In this document: positions 21,301-34,307 of the stretch, one piece after another
How the letters are laid out: each line of letters opens with the position of its first letter
Position numbering within the stretch: position 1 is the stretch's first letter
From: the human T2T-CHM13v2.0 reference genome, Homo sapiens
Assembly: GCF_009914755.1 (NCBI RefSeq)
Contig: NC_060933.1
Direction: 5' to 3' (one strand)
Length of the DNA stretch: 64,000 nucleotides
Position numbers and translations under genes: made by a program
Notes under the pieces: model-generated
Told to the model about the DNA's origin: nothing
Seen by the model: only the letters and a program-made list of their open reading frames with translations
Database searches by the model: none

Positions 21301-22647
21301 ATTTTCATTGGAGGTTCTAGTAACTAACTGTTAAGTATTGCTTACTCTTGGTATAGTTAAATGAGTATTGATTGTTCTGAATGAAGTTAATTGGATATTG
21401 ACAGAACTTGATACATTTTCTGGGGTTAGCTTCAAGTAGCCAATGACTGAATGCTTCTAATATTATCAAAGGACCAGTACAAAATATTCTGTATCAGTTT
21501 ATCCTGTTTGTTACATTTCTTCAGATGAAGTTACTCACTTGACTGCCCATGCAGTGCAATGCTGTGGAAAGAAATATTGTATTCCATATTAACCTCAAAG
21601 TAATGGTTTGATAAACAATTGAAATGAGTAATTAAAATATTTGCTTAAAAATATGAGATCTGACAAAGGATTGGAGAGCCGAGAGCTGATCTACGAATCT
21701 CCAGTACGGTTTTTCAACTCACCGTGAGAGGACTAAGGATGGGTCTTGGTTGGATAAATGGGTATGTTTTTGTGGTGGCATTGGAGAAGGTAGAAAATAA
21801 AAGGGAATTTATATACAACTCTTCTCTACTTCACAACAATTTTGTTGTTTCCAATGCTGGATCTGGAAGTCCCTATAATGGGGCTAAAATTAAGGTCCAA
21901 GTGTCTGGTAATATTACAAAACCAGACAGTATGCCTATTACTTTGACTAATGACAAGAATTCCAAAGAGATTAATGGGGTGGATGATACTCTGTCTGCAT
22001 CTCGGCAAGTTGGGACTGCCTATGCAAATGCTGTGCTGCCTATTGGGCGGAGTAGCCATTATTTCTCTGCACTTATCCAATCCATCCCCATATGTGTGCG
22101 AATGGACAAATGAAGAAGTCCTGGCATGTCTCATCTTGCTACTGTCACTATAGCCAAATGAGTTACTGACTTCAGGAGGAAAGGTTTGTTTTAAAATTAA
22201 TGATAAATGAGAGAAAAGTGAATCAGGCTGAGTGAAGAGAGCCAGTAAGTGTGTCTTACAAAAGGGAAAAATCAAAGATAATTTTGATGTCCTAAGAGAG
22301 GTTTACAACAAGTGAATAACATGCTCTCTTAGCTTTGACTCAGATGTCCTCTGGGGCAAAAGACTGCCAAAACTTCTTCCACTTTAAAAAAATGAAGAAG
22401 CTGTAAAATGACCAATCTAATAAATATACTTCCACTATTGATCTATGTCCTTCTAATCAATAAACAGATTGGAGCTCAGGCAATGACTCTGTGAAACAAT
22501 ACTAATGTGGCTGTCTCATATGGTTCTTGTTTCACAGAGAATTCAATTAGTATAAATGTATACTAATAGAAGTATAAATCTCAATTGATGTATATCATAC
22601 AATACAGATAGCTGAAGATCAGGGAGAAGAAAAATGTATAAAATATG

Positions 22648-23420
22648 TGGCACTTCCTGTTGGCATTACAGGATGGTTTAAATTCACAACCCCTCAGGGG
22701 TGATTACAATTCTTTCAAACCTGTATGTGCGTTTTGATCACCTATTGATTATATGCTGTTGAAAGCCAAATGATTCCATCAAACTAAGAGTGATTGTTTT
22801 GTTGTAAAAGGCTCTGACCAAAAATTATGGGGTAGAGTGGAATGCTGTAAAAGGTAAGCCCAGCAGACCTGGAATTAGTGTGAACTGCAGAGTTTGCTTA
22901 TCACTGATCATTGGTCAAGGAATAAAACATACTGATTAATAGTGCTGCTTTTCATCCATGAGTCCAAGATGTTTGGGAGCAGGTTTTAACAGTGCATCAG
23001 TAGTGTTTACCGTTAACAGTGAGACTGATTTATGCCTGGTCTCATTGGAACCTTCAGAGTCCTCTGCTGTTGGGGCTTGTTGCCTAGCAAGAATATGCCT
23101 ATGTGTCCAGCAGAGTATAAGAGACACCAGCAGAGAATCCATTTTGGGGTTTCTGATGTGTTTTGTGCACATGTTGAATCCTTATGTGATAGTGAAATTG
23201 TGTCCATATAACACTTGCACAAGGAAAAATGGAGTTTGTGCATGGCCCTTACCCAGACCCCTTGCTGTGAGGCAGCCTTTGGCTGTGATGTAAATACTGA
23301 CTTTAATGGTATTGCTATGTTGTACCCTTTCCCTTAATAAATGGTAGATATTTAAGCACTGTCATTTTGGGCCTTGTGAGCCTTCCTTAGCAATTGACTG
23401 TTGTTTAATTGCCACTGTTA
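22648..23420 (+). mobile_element. Ancient ERVL-type LTR (MER21/MER68/MER77-like); possible internal sequence at about 21.3-22.6 kb
   Basis: 3' motif ccttaataaa...ccttgtgagccttccttagcaattg resembles this LTR class; weak by-eye match. Confidence 0.3.
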
Positions 23421-26011
23421 AAGTACCACATTTTTTTGTAATGTGGCAGTTCTGTAGTTTTAGGCCTTGTGGCCATTTCTCAAGGTGTCACTTGCTTCAC
23501 TGCCTAGGGAGTTACCTGTCCATAACTGACAGAGAAAACGTAGCTTCTGAGGCCTTCACTTTAGCGTATCCTTTTCTGAGCCCAAACATGATCATGAAGT
23601 AGAAAAGCACAATAAGGAAAAACTAGTGAAATCTGAAAAAAAAAGTGTCTAGTTAATAATGTTATCAATGTTTCTTAGTTATAAAAACATACCATAGTAA
23701 TATGCTAATAGGGAAAACTGGGTGAGGAGTATATACAAACTATCATTGTAATTTTTCTGTAAATACATTCTCAAATAATTCTTTTAAAAAAGAGTACTCC
23801 TTTTCATCTATACTTTTCTGAAAATTAAGCATGCAGAAAGGCATGCTTTTTGACCCTCAATTCCCTTGGGCACTGTGCAGTAAGCTCAAGTAGCATCATG
23901 GTATCAGAGACTAAGGAGAATAAAAAAGAAGGAAACATATTTCCATAACAGATGGCACCTTTCTGCCAGGAGCGGTAAGTACCTGAGGAAGGTAAGCAGC
24001 GCCAGGGCCAGTCCCACACCAACTCCTTCATCATTCCTTTTTCCTCATGAGCTGCCCAAAGTAGCCCCTCAGTGTCTGATGTGCCAGCCCTGGAGGTGCT
24101 GATATGGTCCTCGTCTAAAGGTGGGCTCTTCTTTCATGGCTCATCTTTGCAGTGATGCTACTCAATTAACTGTTAACAACAGTGTCAAGGAAATACCTGT
24201 CCTCTAACTAATTCTAAAGATGCCATCATTCTCCCTCACACTATCCTTGCCCACAATATAACAAGGGATGGGAATTAGAGACATTTTTCTTGGGTCAACT
24301 GATTTATTGTCCTCATGCTTAACCTATCAGATCAAACTTGCAGAAAGCAAGATGCTCAGGGCTGGGGAAAATTGTTACTGGTCTAGGTTTTAAAAATGAT
24401 TTTGTCTACTTTCTTTTCTGTGCTCATCAAACCGTAGGCTAAAATAATGGCACATTAACTAAATGCTTTCTTGGCTAAGATTATGCCACATTATATTGTT
24501 TTACCAAAAGTGAGTCTGCTTTCTCGTACCAGGACTGTACTTCTGGGACAAAGTAGTCCTTTTCATTCCAATTCCAAAACCTGCTGTCTTAGTTTGGTAG
24601 AAATACCAAACTGGTATTTCTGGTTTGTGATGCAGTGTGAGGAGGCATCATGATGTTGGAGGAAAATATTCCAAACAGGATGCTGAGGCTATATGCATAC
24701 AACGGAGGAGAGGAGACCAGTTGCTTTATAATCATCCTGTGCAAAATGAGTAAGTGGAGTGGGATAAAATTAAAATAAAGGCAAACAAAAAGTATATAAG
24801 AATCACCCTGTCCTCCCTGGCGCCCCCCTCCAAACACACAAACACACAAGGTGACTGGGGAAATCTCAGCTATCTCCAAGGTCCTAGAAGAATAGGCAAG
24901 ACTAGTTTTAGGACAAGACTAATTAATATCCAGACATAGCAGGCAGGCCAAAATCTAACAGCATTGAGGGAAGCCAACAGAGGACACAGTCACTCAGAAA
25001 AGGAAGTGGACATGCCCAGTGCAGGTTTGGCTGTTAGCACCCACTAGAACTCACCAGTGAGTTACAACGTTTATATACAGACTAAAAGATCTTCCACAGA
25101 GCTCAGACTATTCACATTTATTCATATTCTCCACAGAATTCAAATTATTCCATTTTTAACTTCACATTCTACAGTGAGTTTTTCTATAGGTAAATATTTT
25201 CTTATATATGTTCTATAAAATTTTTGATATTACAAAACAGAAGCTTGGTACATCAGTTCTAGGTGAATATTTTATCTCCAATTCTAAAACTGACATATTT
25301 CCTCAGAAAAAAATACCTAGGAAAAATGTCATTTATTCAAAATATGAAATTTTATTATAATTGATGTTTAATGCAATTCACTTTACGAAGGTTTTTGTGG
25401 TTTTCCCTAAAATTTCTGTTTTAATGAAGGCTCCTGATCATCCTGGATGTCAACAAGTTTTCTTCTTCATGTGACGTCTCTGATGCACAATAAACTGATT
25501 AGTTTTTCTAAAACTGATTATATTCATAGGGTTTCATCTCACTCTAACATAAAGTTTAAGCTAAACTACGTCCATTTAACTAATAAGCCAAATTTGTAAG
25601 AGCTTAACAGACTATAAACTTAACTCTTGCTTTAAAGCAACAAAAACAAAACCCTGATGAAGACCTGGAAGTGAATTGTTCGTTTTTCAGACTCTAGCTT
25701 CCTTGACCTTGTGCTTTATGGTTTTGAACACACAGGACCCAAGTTTGCTGCAGAAATAACCTCCAAATCCATATTATGAACCAGGAAGACTGTGAGGGTT
25801 TTTCTTTTTTTTTTTTAAGGGCCAAGAGTAAATGTAATATATATCATTAGCACCATATCCCATGGTCAGCCCCACCTGAATAAACGGCATATTGGGATTT
25901 TTCCACAAACTATGAGCCTAATGAAAAAGGAAATGGATAAGGGAAACAAGTTCCCAGCCTATGTCACATGAGTTTCTGCACTACGTGTTATGTGGTAAGG
26001 TATGCATTCCC

Positions 26012-28471
26012 TCAGGACTTCCCAAATCCATTACATGCTAGGGTTTTCTCTCTGGTATGCATTCTGGTGTGATGTACCCTAAGAGCTGCCTTACGGACAA
26101 AAGTTTTCCCACATTCATCACATTCATAGGGTTTCTCCCCTGTGTGAATTCTCTGGTGTACTCTGAGAGTTGAATTTTGGGCAAAAGCTTTCCCGCATTC
26201 ATTACACTCATAGGGTTTCTCCCCTGTGTGAATTCTCTGGTGTGCACTAAGGTGTGATTTCTGGGAGAACGTTTTCCCACAATCATTACATTCATAGGAT
26301 TTCTCCCCTGTGTGAATTCTTTGATGTACTCTGAGGGTTGAATTATGGGCAAATGGCTTCCCACATACATTACATTCATAGGGTTTCTCCCCCGTATGAA
26401 CTCTCTGATGTGCACTAACATATGACTTCTCAGAGAAGGTTTTCCCACATTCACTGCATTCATAGGGCTTCTCCCCTGAGTGAGTTCTAAGATGTGCTCT
26501 GAGATGTGATGTCTTGGAGAAAGTCTTCCCACAGTCATTACATTCATAGGGTTTCTCCCCTGTGTGAATTCTGTGATGTGCCCTGAGGGCTGAATTATCA
26601 GCAAACGTTTTCCCACATTCATTACACTCATAGGGTTTTTCCCCAGTATGAATTCTCTGATGTGCACAGAGGTGTGTTCTTTGGGAGAAAGTTTTCCCAC
26701 ATTCGTTACATTCATAGGGTTTCTCCCCTGTGTGAATTCTTTGATGCACAATGAGGGCTGCCTTATAGACAAAAGTTTTCCCACATACGTTACATTCATA
26801 CGGTTTTTCCCCTGTGTGAATTCTCTCATGTCCACTGAGGTATGATTTCTGGGAGAAAGTTTTCCCACACTTGCTACATTCATAGGGTTTCTCCCCTGTG
26901 TGAATTCTCCGATGTGTACTGAGGCGTGTCTTCTGGAAAAAAGTTTTTCCACATTCACTACATTCATAGAGTTTCTCCCCTGTGTGGATATTCTGATGTG
27001 CTCTAAGGGCTGAATTATGGGCAAATGTTTTCTCACATTCATTACATTTATAGGGTTTCTCCCCCGTGTGAATTCTCTGATGTATTTTGAGGGCTGAATT
27101 ATGGGCAAAAGTTTTCTCACAGTCACTACATTCATAGGGTTTTCTACCTGTGTGAATTCTCTGATGTGCTCTCAGGGCTGAATTGTAGGTGAAAGATCTC
27201 CCACATTCATTACATTCATAGGGTTTCTCCCTTGTGTGAATTCTTTGATGTGCCTTGAGAACAGAAATATGGGCAAAAGACCTTCCACATTCATTACATT
27301 CATAAGGTTTCTCCCCCGTGTGAATTCTATGATGTGCTCTGAGGGCTGAATTATGGGCAAAAGTTTTCTCACAGTCACTGCATTCATAGGGCTTCTCACC
27401 TGTGTGAATTCTTTGATGTGCTCTCAGGGCTGAGTTATAGGTAAAAGATTTCCCACAGTCATTACATTCATAGGGTTTCTCCCCTGTGTGAACTCTCTGA
27501 TGTACACTGAGGTGTGTCTTGTGAGAGAAAGTTTTCTCACATTCAACACATTCATAGGGTTTTTCACCTGTGTGAATTCTCTGATGTGCTCTGAGATGTG
27601 ATGTCTTGGAGAAAGTTTTCCCACATTCAATACATTCATAGGGTTTCTCCCCCATGAGAATTCTCTGATGTCCTTTGAGATGTGATGTCTTCCCATATTC
27701 ACTGCCACCACAGAGTTCCATCTCTGCATCTGTTTTCTGGTGTCCTATGAGGGGTGACTTGTAAGATCTCCCACAGCCATTGTTATCACAAGGTTTCTCT
27801 TTTGTGTGAATTCTCAGATGTTTACTGAGGTTTGAATTCTGACAGAAAGCTTTCCCACATTCATTACATTCATAAAGTTTGAATCCCACATAAGTTCCAG
27901 GATGCTGAATAGGATGTGAACTTGAACAAAAGGATTTTGCACATTCCTCATATTGGTAAGTTTTCTCTCCTGAGTGGGGCCTCTCATGCTGAATGAGGTG
28001 TGCTTTCCAGTAAAAGGATTTTCTGCATTTCCCATGTTCATCAGAAAGGTAGAATTTCTGATGTGCTGTAAAGTCTGTGTGAATTCTCTGATGTGCTGTA
28101 AAGTCTAATTTCTGGTAGAGGGCATCTGTACATTCATTATGTTCACCAAATTTATCTCCAGCTTGTGTTTTCTGATGTACTATATGGGCTGAGCTCTGGC
28201 TAAAATTTTCTTCACATTTATTGCTTTCAAAAGCACTCCATCCTGTAATAGTTCTCTGAGATTGAGTGAGGGGTGACTTCCTACTGAAATTAATCCCCCT
28301 TTCATTACACTCATAGTGTGTCATAGCCATGTGAACTTTATTGTATTCAACAGCGGTGGTTTTGTCACAGGATGTCCCATATTCATTAAGATCAGAGCAT
28401 TTCCCCCTTTTGTCAGTTCTCATGTGGTTAAATAAAGTGGTTTTATCAAAGTTTTTTTCTAAATTCATCAT
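26012..28471 (-). CDS. ZNF658B: 819-aa KRAB-less zinc-finger ORF: 1 isolated plus 19 tandem canonical C2H2 fingers, with degenerate fingers upstream
   Basis: ORF track; repeated C-x2-C-x12-H-x3-H units with TGEKPY linkers; ATGATG start at 28471, TGA at 26012-26014. Confidence 0.85.
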   Translation of the reverse strand: MMNLEKNFDKTTLFNHMRTDKRGKCSDLNEYGTSCDKTTAVEYNKVHMAMTHYECNERGINFSRKSPLTQSQRTITGWSAFESNKCEENFSQSSAHIVHQKTQAGDKFGEHNECTDALYQKLDFTAHQRIHTDFTAHQKFYLSDEHGKCRKSFYWKAHLIQHERPHSGEKTYQYEECAKSFCSSSHPIQHPGTYVGFKLYECNECGKAFCQNSNLSKHLRIHTKEKPCDNNGCGRSYKSPLIGHQKTDAEMELCGGSEYGKTSHLKGHQRILMGEKPYECIECGKTFSKTSHLRAHQRIHTGEKPYECVECEKTFSHKTHLSVHQRVHTGEKPYECNDCGKSFTYNSALRAHQRIHTGEKPYECSDCEKTFAHNSALRAHHRIHTGEKPYECNECGRSFAHISVLKAHQRIHTREKPYECNECGRSFTYNSALRAHQRIHTGRKPYECSDCEKTFAHNSALKIHQRIHTGEKPYKCNECEKTFAHNSALRAHQNIHTGEKLYECSECGKTFFQKTRLSTHRRIHTGEKPYECSKCGKTFSQKSYLSGHERIHTGEKPYECNVCGKTFVYKAALIVHQRIHTGEKPYECNECGKTFSQRTHLCAHQRIHTGEKPYECNECGKTFADNSALRAHHRIHTGEKPYECNDCGKTFSKTSHLRAHLRTHSGEKPYECSECGKTFSEKSYVSAHQRVHTGEKPYECNVCGKPFAHNSTLRVHQRIHTGEKSYECNDCGKTFSQKSHLSAHQRIHTGEKPYECNECGKAFAQNSTLRVHQRIHTGEKPYECDECGKTFVRKAALRVHHTRMHTREKTLACNGFGKS

Positions 28472-28966
28472 CCTTACAGGACTTTTCTCCTGTTAGAAAA
28501 CTCTGAGGTGTAATACAAATTGTCTTATCATATAAACCTTGTCCAGATCCATCACATTCAAAAGATTCCTCCAAAGTTTGAAATTTCCAATGCTGACCTT
28601 TCTTATAACTGAAAGCTTTAGCATTTTCACCATGTTCATAAGATTTCTCTTCAGCATGAGCTTTCTCATGCTTAATATCAAGCTGCAGTTTCTCACACAC
28701 ATTCATGTATTCAGTCTTCTTTCTTGAATATTTTCTTTCACTTATAATTAATTGAGAAGCAACTGGCAAATTCATTCTGTGTGAGTAACATTTACAGGAT
28801 ATTTTTTCTGAAAGCTCTGGAGCTATTTCCAGATTAAATAGTTTTTCTAAAACTTTCTGTCCTTCTTTACTCAATGTTTTGTCAGCATCACTGATGAATA
28901 TTTCTTGCCACAGAGGTTTTTCTTGTTTTTCCCGGATCCCTTTGATGTGATCAACTTTAAAATATC
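28446..28966 (-). CDS. ZNF658B: 5' part of the terminal exon (spacer region) in the KRAB frame, ending at a premature TGA
   Basis: Acceptor ttttctcattttAG|GA TAT TTT AAA at 28966 (phase 1); reads [17 protein letters not shown]...KDDEFRKKL*; in frame with ORF 28446..28874. Confidence 0.8.
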
Positions 28967-29035
28967 CTAAAATGAGAAAAATTGAAAATATAGTATAAAT
29001 CTTACATTTCTCATGGAGAAGAACTTATACTCATA

Positions 29036-29341
<306 letters not shown>

Positions 29342-30580
29342 CCTGTTTTGTTATGTATTTTATTCTATTGTTTCTGGTCATGTTTCCAAATATTAAATAC
29401 TTCATGCACACAGACAGATTCTCTCCTCATCCATGCTGTTTATAAAACAGGTATTTCCGGGGCCAGTCAAGGTGGAGTAGTAACCCCTTTCCTCCCACAT
29501 CTTCCCTCTTACAATTAAAAATCCCTAGAGAAAAAACAAAACAACAAAAAAAGATTAACAAATATACAAATATACGAATACTACAAAATGGAAAGAAAGT
29601 GGACTTCAGGACTTAAGAAATGACACAGTATGGAATTCCAAGGCTATTCTATATCCTAGACTGGGTGCTGAAGAAACCTACAATCCTGCACTGACAGGCA
29701 CAGACAAAAAGAGCACAAAGAAAAGCCTGCTTCTTCCAGCCAGAGGTCTGAGAAAATGGTGGTCTAACAGAACAGGAAACACTTTTGATGTTTTCTCATG
29801 CTCAGGCCAAACCAAAATGATACAATCCTGTGGTTCCATGGAGGCTGAGCAGGGAGCTAATGTTCCCTGCCGTAGATACACAGGATCTGCATGCTCTTAT
29901 ATGTTTTCTTCCATGAGCCATGAAGAATCCTGAGAAAGTTCCATTCTTAGGATATGCTGGGAGACGGTCACAGCAGCCACTACCAAAATTCTGCCTAGAA
30001 CCAAATTATTATCTAATTTATGGAACAAATGTCTTAATCTGCAAGGGCAAGAATATAATAAGTTGTTTTAGGGCACTGACAGGAACTCATAGCAGCTATG
30101 GGAAGGAAACAAGAAAAAAAGAAGCACAGAAGTAAGAGGAGAGGCAGGAATACACAGTAGACCCAATACTCAAGCAGAAGAGATAAGATAAAGTAGCACT
30201 TGCAATAACCATGGCTTCAAACCTGAAGACACAATGCATTCAACAGCTGAATTCACATTCTTCTGAAATGCACATGGAACAATCATCAAAACAGACTATA
30301 TTCTAGACTGTAAGACAAACCTTCAGAAATATAGAAGAAATAAATTATACAGAGGATGATCTTGGGCCACAGAGAAATTATACCAGAAATCAGTAAACAC
30401 AAATTTATCTGGAGAAATATAAAAGAACTGTAAGTTATACATTCCTAATTAACCCATGGGTGAAAGAATTCTCAAATGAGATATTTTGAAGTGAATGTAA
30501 ACAAAACAACTTAGAATACAGAAATTTGTGGATGCAGCTAAGGCAGTACACATAGATAAATTTGGGGCTTAAATTTTTTT

Positions 30581-30858
30581 GGCCAGATGCGGTGGCTCAC
30601 GCCTGTAATCCCATCACTTTGAGAGGCTGAGGTGTGTGGATCACAAGGTCAGGAGTTTGAGACCAGCCTGACCAACATGGTGAAACCCCTTCTCTACTAA
30701 AAATACAAAAGTTAGCCGAGTGTGGTGGTGCACACCTGTAATCCCAGCTACTCAGGAGGCTGGGGCAGGAGAATTGCTTGAACTCGGGATGTGGAGGTGC
30801 AGTGAGCCACGGTACTCCAGCCTGGGTGACAGAGTGAGACTCTGTCTTTAAAAAAATT
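30581..30858 (+). mobile_element. AluS (Sg-like)
   Basis: Alu consensus match. Confidence 0.9.
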
Positions 30859-31670
30859 ATATTTGAAAAGAAAGATCTCCAGTCAGATGCTTGTTTCCCC
30901 CTTAGGAAACTAGATAAAGACAGGACATTAAGTTGAAAGAAAGTAGAAGGATGACAAAAAAGTCAAACCAAAAGCTTAATTTTTTTAAAAGTTTTTTTAA
31001 TGATAAAAACCATCAGAGAGAAAAAAAGAGAAGACACAAATTACCAATACCAAAAATTCAAGAGAGGACTAACTACTAACAGACATTCAAGAGATAATAA
31101 AACAACATTAACAATAACTCTGTCTTAGTTCGGGCTACTACAACAAATTACCATAGACTAAATGGCTTAAAGAATAAACATTTATTTTTCCCAGTGCAGG
31201 AGACTGGAAGTCTGAGATTAGGGTGCCAACATGACTGTGTTCTTGTGAAGACCTCTTCTGGTTTACAGACCACTCACTTCTTGTTATATCCTTACATGGT
31301 GAAAAGTGAAGTAGCTAGCTCTGACACCGTTTTGTAACAGCATTCTAGTCTCTCTCTCTTTTTTTTTTTTAACTATAAAAGCAAACTAACTTTATTTGGA
31401 CAATCTAAGTGGAAAGAAGAGGCAGGTGAATGTGTATTGTAACCACAGGGAATATATTCTATGTCAAATGTTAAAACATAATGGCAGAATAATCTAAAAG
31501 ACATTTTTTTCTAAAGGAGCTGTCGGTGAAAAGGATATTTACGACAACATATTAACTTACTTCATTATGATGGAGGATATGTTAACTGAATGTCTAATTT
31601 ACTCAAATTTTAACTATGTTTGCATATGTAAATAAGGCTTAAGAATGTAATGAAATCTTCCTCTATATAT

Positions 31671-31675
<5 letters not shown>

Positions 31676-31703
<28 letters not shown>
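31676..31703. repeat. (TG)14 microsatellite
   Basis: Direct reading. Confidence 0.95.
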
Positions 31704-31705
<2 letters not shown>

Positions 31706-33308
31706 ATTCCAAAGAACAACTTCTGGACCAAATAGTTTTAACTAGTAAATTTTACCAAACATCCAAGGAAGAAATAATAGCAATCCTACACAATGTCTTC
31801 TAGAAAATAAAAGATGGAATATTTCCCAAATCATTTTATAAGGCCTGCCTCATCCTCATAGCAAGATTAGGCAAATACTATTCAAGAAAAGAAACTTTCA
31901 GACCAATATCTCCCATAACATAAATGCAAAAATGTCCCAAAAAGTACACCGAAATATATAAACATAGATAATGTATCAGTGAAATTTACCTCAAAAATGC
32001 CAAACAGTTACTACACTGCAATACTATAAAAACTATAGTTTTTATGCTGCATTTCAGGTCAATGTAATCTCCTATCATTAGTCTGAAGAACTAAAATCAC
32101 ACACTACATCAATGCCAAAAATTTTAACAAAATTCAAAATCCATTTGTTAATTTAATAAAAGTAATCTATAAAAAGCCTATCACTAACATTATACTCAAG
32201 AGAGACTGAATGTCTTCCCTCTAAGATCAGGAAAAAGACAAAGATGCCCACTACCAGTAGCTTTACACAAGATTGCACTGGAAGGACCAGCCAGTGCAAA
32301 AAGGTAAGAATAAAAACACAAAGATACAGAGTAAATTTACACAGAAAATTTAAAATCAAAAAAGTTCCTTGAACTAATAAGTGTTTTTAGCAAGGGCAGA
32401 ATCTAAAGCCAATATACAAATCTATGCCTACAAACATACAATGATGAATTGGAATTTTAAATCACAGAAACAATATTACAGCACCAAAACAAAATTAAAA
32501 ACAAAAATTAAAAAAGCCTCGTTATCTGTGTTCTAAAAACTAAAAGACATTGATGAAAGAAATCAAAGAAACAGTAAATAAATCAGTAGGGATATTTTGT
32601 GTATGGACTGGAAGACTGTACATTGTTAAGATGTCAATTCTCCTAAGTTCTGCAGATTCAATGCCACTCCAGTTTAAATGCCAACATGTTTCCTTTGTAA
32701 AGATTATGAACCTCATTTAAAAATTTATACACAAGATGAAAACTGGAGAAGTACTTGACTTCAAAACTTAATAAGCTAGAGTAATCAAGTTAATGTGGTA
32801 TTGGCATAAGGAAAGACATGTAGATGAATGAAAAGGAATATAAACTACAAAAATAGACCCCCAAATGTACAGCCATCTGTTTTCTAAGAAAGGTGGAAAT
32901 GCTGTTCAGTGGAGAAGTAACAGTCTTTTCAAAAAGTGATGCTGGAATAACTGGACTCCCTGTTCCAAAAACATTTAACTTGACACATAACTCATACTTT
33001 CTATAGAATTTAACACAAAATGGATTATCAACTAAGTGTAAAAACTGAAGCTGTAAAATTTCTAGAAGAAAATAGGATTCCTAAATCTGTTACTTTGAGT
33101 TTCAAGGTTTCTAGATAGAACAACAAAAGCAGGTTCTGTAAAAGAAAACAAGTAAGTTGGACTTTATCAAAATTAATATTCAGTTTTAGTGAGCCTCCTC
33201 TAAAGTTATACTAGCGGGAGTGAGGTGCAGCATCACTGCCTGCTACGTGGGGAAGGAAGTCCAGTTCCCCACTGATCTGACGCCCTGGGGGTGGAAGAGG
33301 AGGCTTCT

Positions 33309-33613
33309 ACTTTTTTTTTTTTTTCCTTCCTTTTGAGACAGTTTCTCTCGTCGCCCAGGCTGGAATGGAGTGGCGCAATCTTGGCTCACTGCAACCTCTG
33401 CCTCCCGAGTTCAAGCGATTCTCCTGCTTCAGCCTCCTGAGTAGCTGGGATTACAGGCACCTGCCACCACGCCTGGCTAATTTTTGTACTTTTAGTAGAG
33501 ACGGGGTTTTGCAACGTTGGTCAGGCTGGTCTCGAACTCCTGACCTCAGGTGATCCACCCGCCTCGGCCTCCCAAAATGCTAGGATTACAGGTGTGAGCC
33601 ACCGTGCCTAGCT
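33309..33613 (-). mobile_element. AluS
   Basis: Alu body; TSD gaggcttctac. Confidence 0.9.
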
Positions 33614-33749
33614 GAGGCTTCTACATTAACCCTGGGCATGGGTGAAAGATCAGGAGCCCCACAAGGACTCTGATAACACTAACCACCTTGTATTTTGTCA
33701 GGTGCCAAGACCCCTAGTGCATCTTCATTCTTCTTTCCACCCTTCAGTA

Positions 33750-33990
33750 GTGTGATCTCAGCTCACCATAACCTCCACCTCCCAGATTCAAGCAATTCTC
33801 ATGCCTCAGTCTCCCAAGCAGCTGGGATTACAGGCACGAGCCACCATGATTGGCTAATTTTTTTGTATTTTTAGTAGAGACAGGGTTTTGCCATGTTGGC
33901 TAGGCTCGTTAAACTCCTGGCCTCAAGTGGTCTGCCTGCCTCGGCCTCCCAAGGTTCTGAGATTACAAGTGTGAGCCACTGTGCCTGGCT
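33750..33990 (-). mobile_element. Alu lacking its 3' tail
   Basis: Alu consensus match. Confidence 0.85.
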
Positions 33991-34307
33991 AGATATTGCA
34001 TTCTTTACAAACTGAAGGTTTGTGGCAAACCTGAGTTGGGCAAGTCTGTTGGTGCCATTTTTCCAACAGCAAGTGCTCACTTTGTGTTTGACTCAGCAGT
34101 TTTTAGCAAACAAATATTTTAATTAAGGCATGCATACTGTTTTTTAGACATGTTATTGCACATCTAAAAGACTAAAGTATAGTGTAAACATAAAACTTTT
34201 ATAAGCCCTAGGAAAACAAACATTGTGTGTAACTTGCTTTATTGTGAAATTTGCTTCATTGTAGTGGTCTGGAACAGAAACTGCAATATCTCTGAGGCAT
34301 GCTTCTA
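33991..34307. mobile_element. Tigger1 internal-deletion derivative (TcMar DNA transposon)
   Basis: ttacaaactgaaggtttgtggc...gtggtctggaacagaaactgcaatatctctgaggcatgc matches both Tigger1 ends. Confidence 0.75.

Larger units (their letters stand above)
29460..33180 (+). mobile_element. Old L1M fragments in intron 4, with nested Alu, MLT1 fragment (about 31120-31345) and polyadenylated insert
   Basis: Decayed A-rich ORF2-like sequence. Confidence 0.65.

Noticed and set aside
21724-22275. Overlapping 129-aa and 149-aa ORFs as a novel gene
   Set aside because: No recognisable domain or splice context; probably decayed LTR-element internal sequence
25049-25056. Strong minus-strand donor TG|GTGAGT downstream of the 3'UTR
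   Set aside because: No partner exon can be supported from sequence alone; it would matter for NMD if RNA-seq shows use
26012-27660. 84-bp periodic array as CRISPR-like or satellite repeat
   Set aside because: Fully explained by C2H2 finger coding repeats
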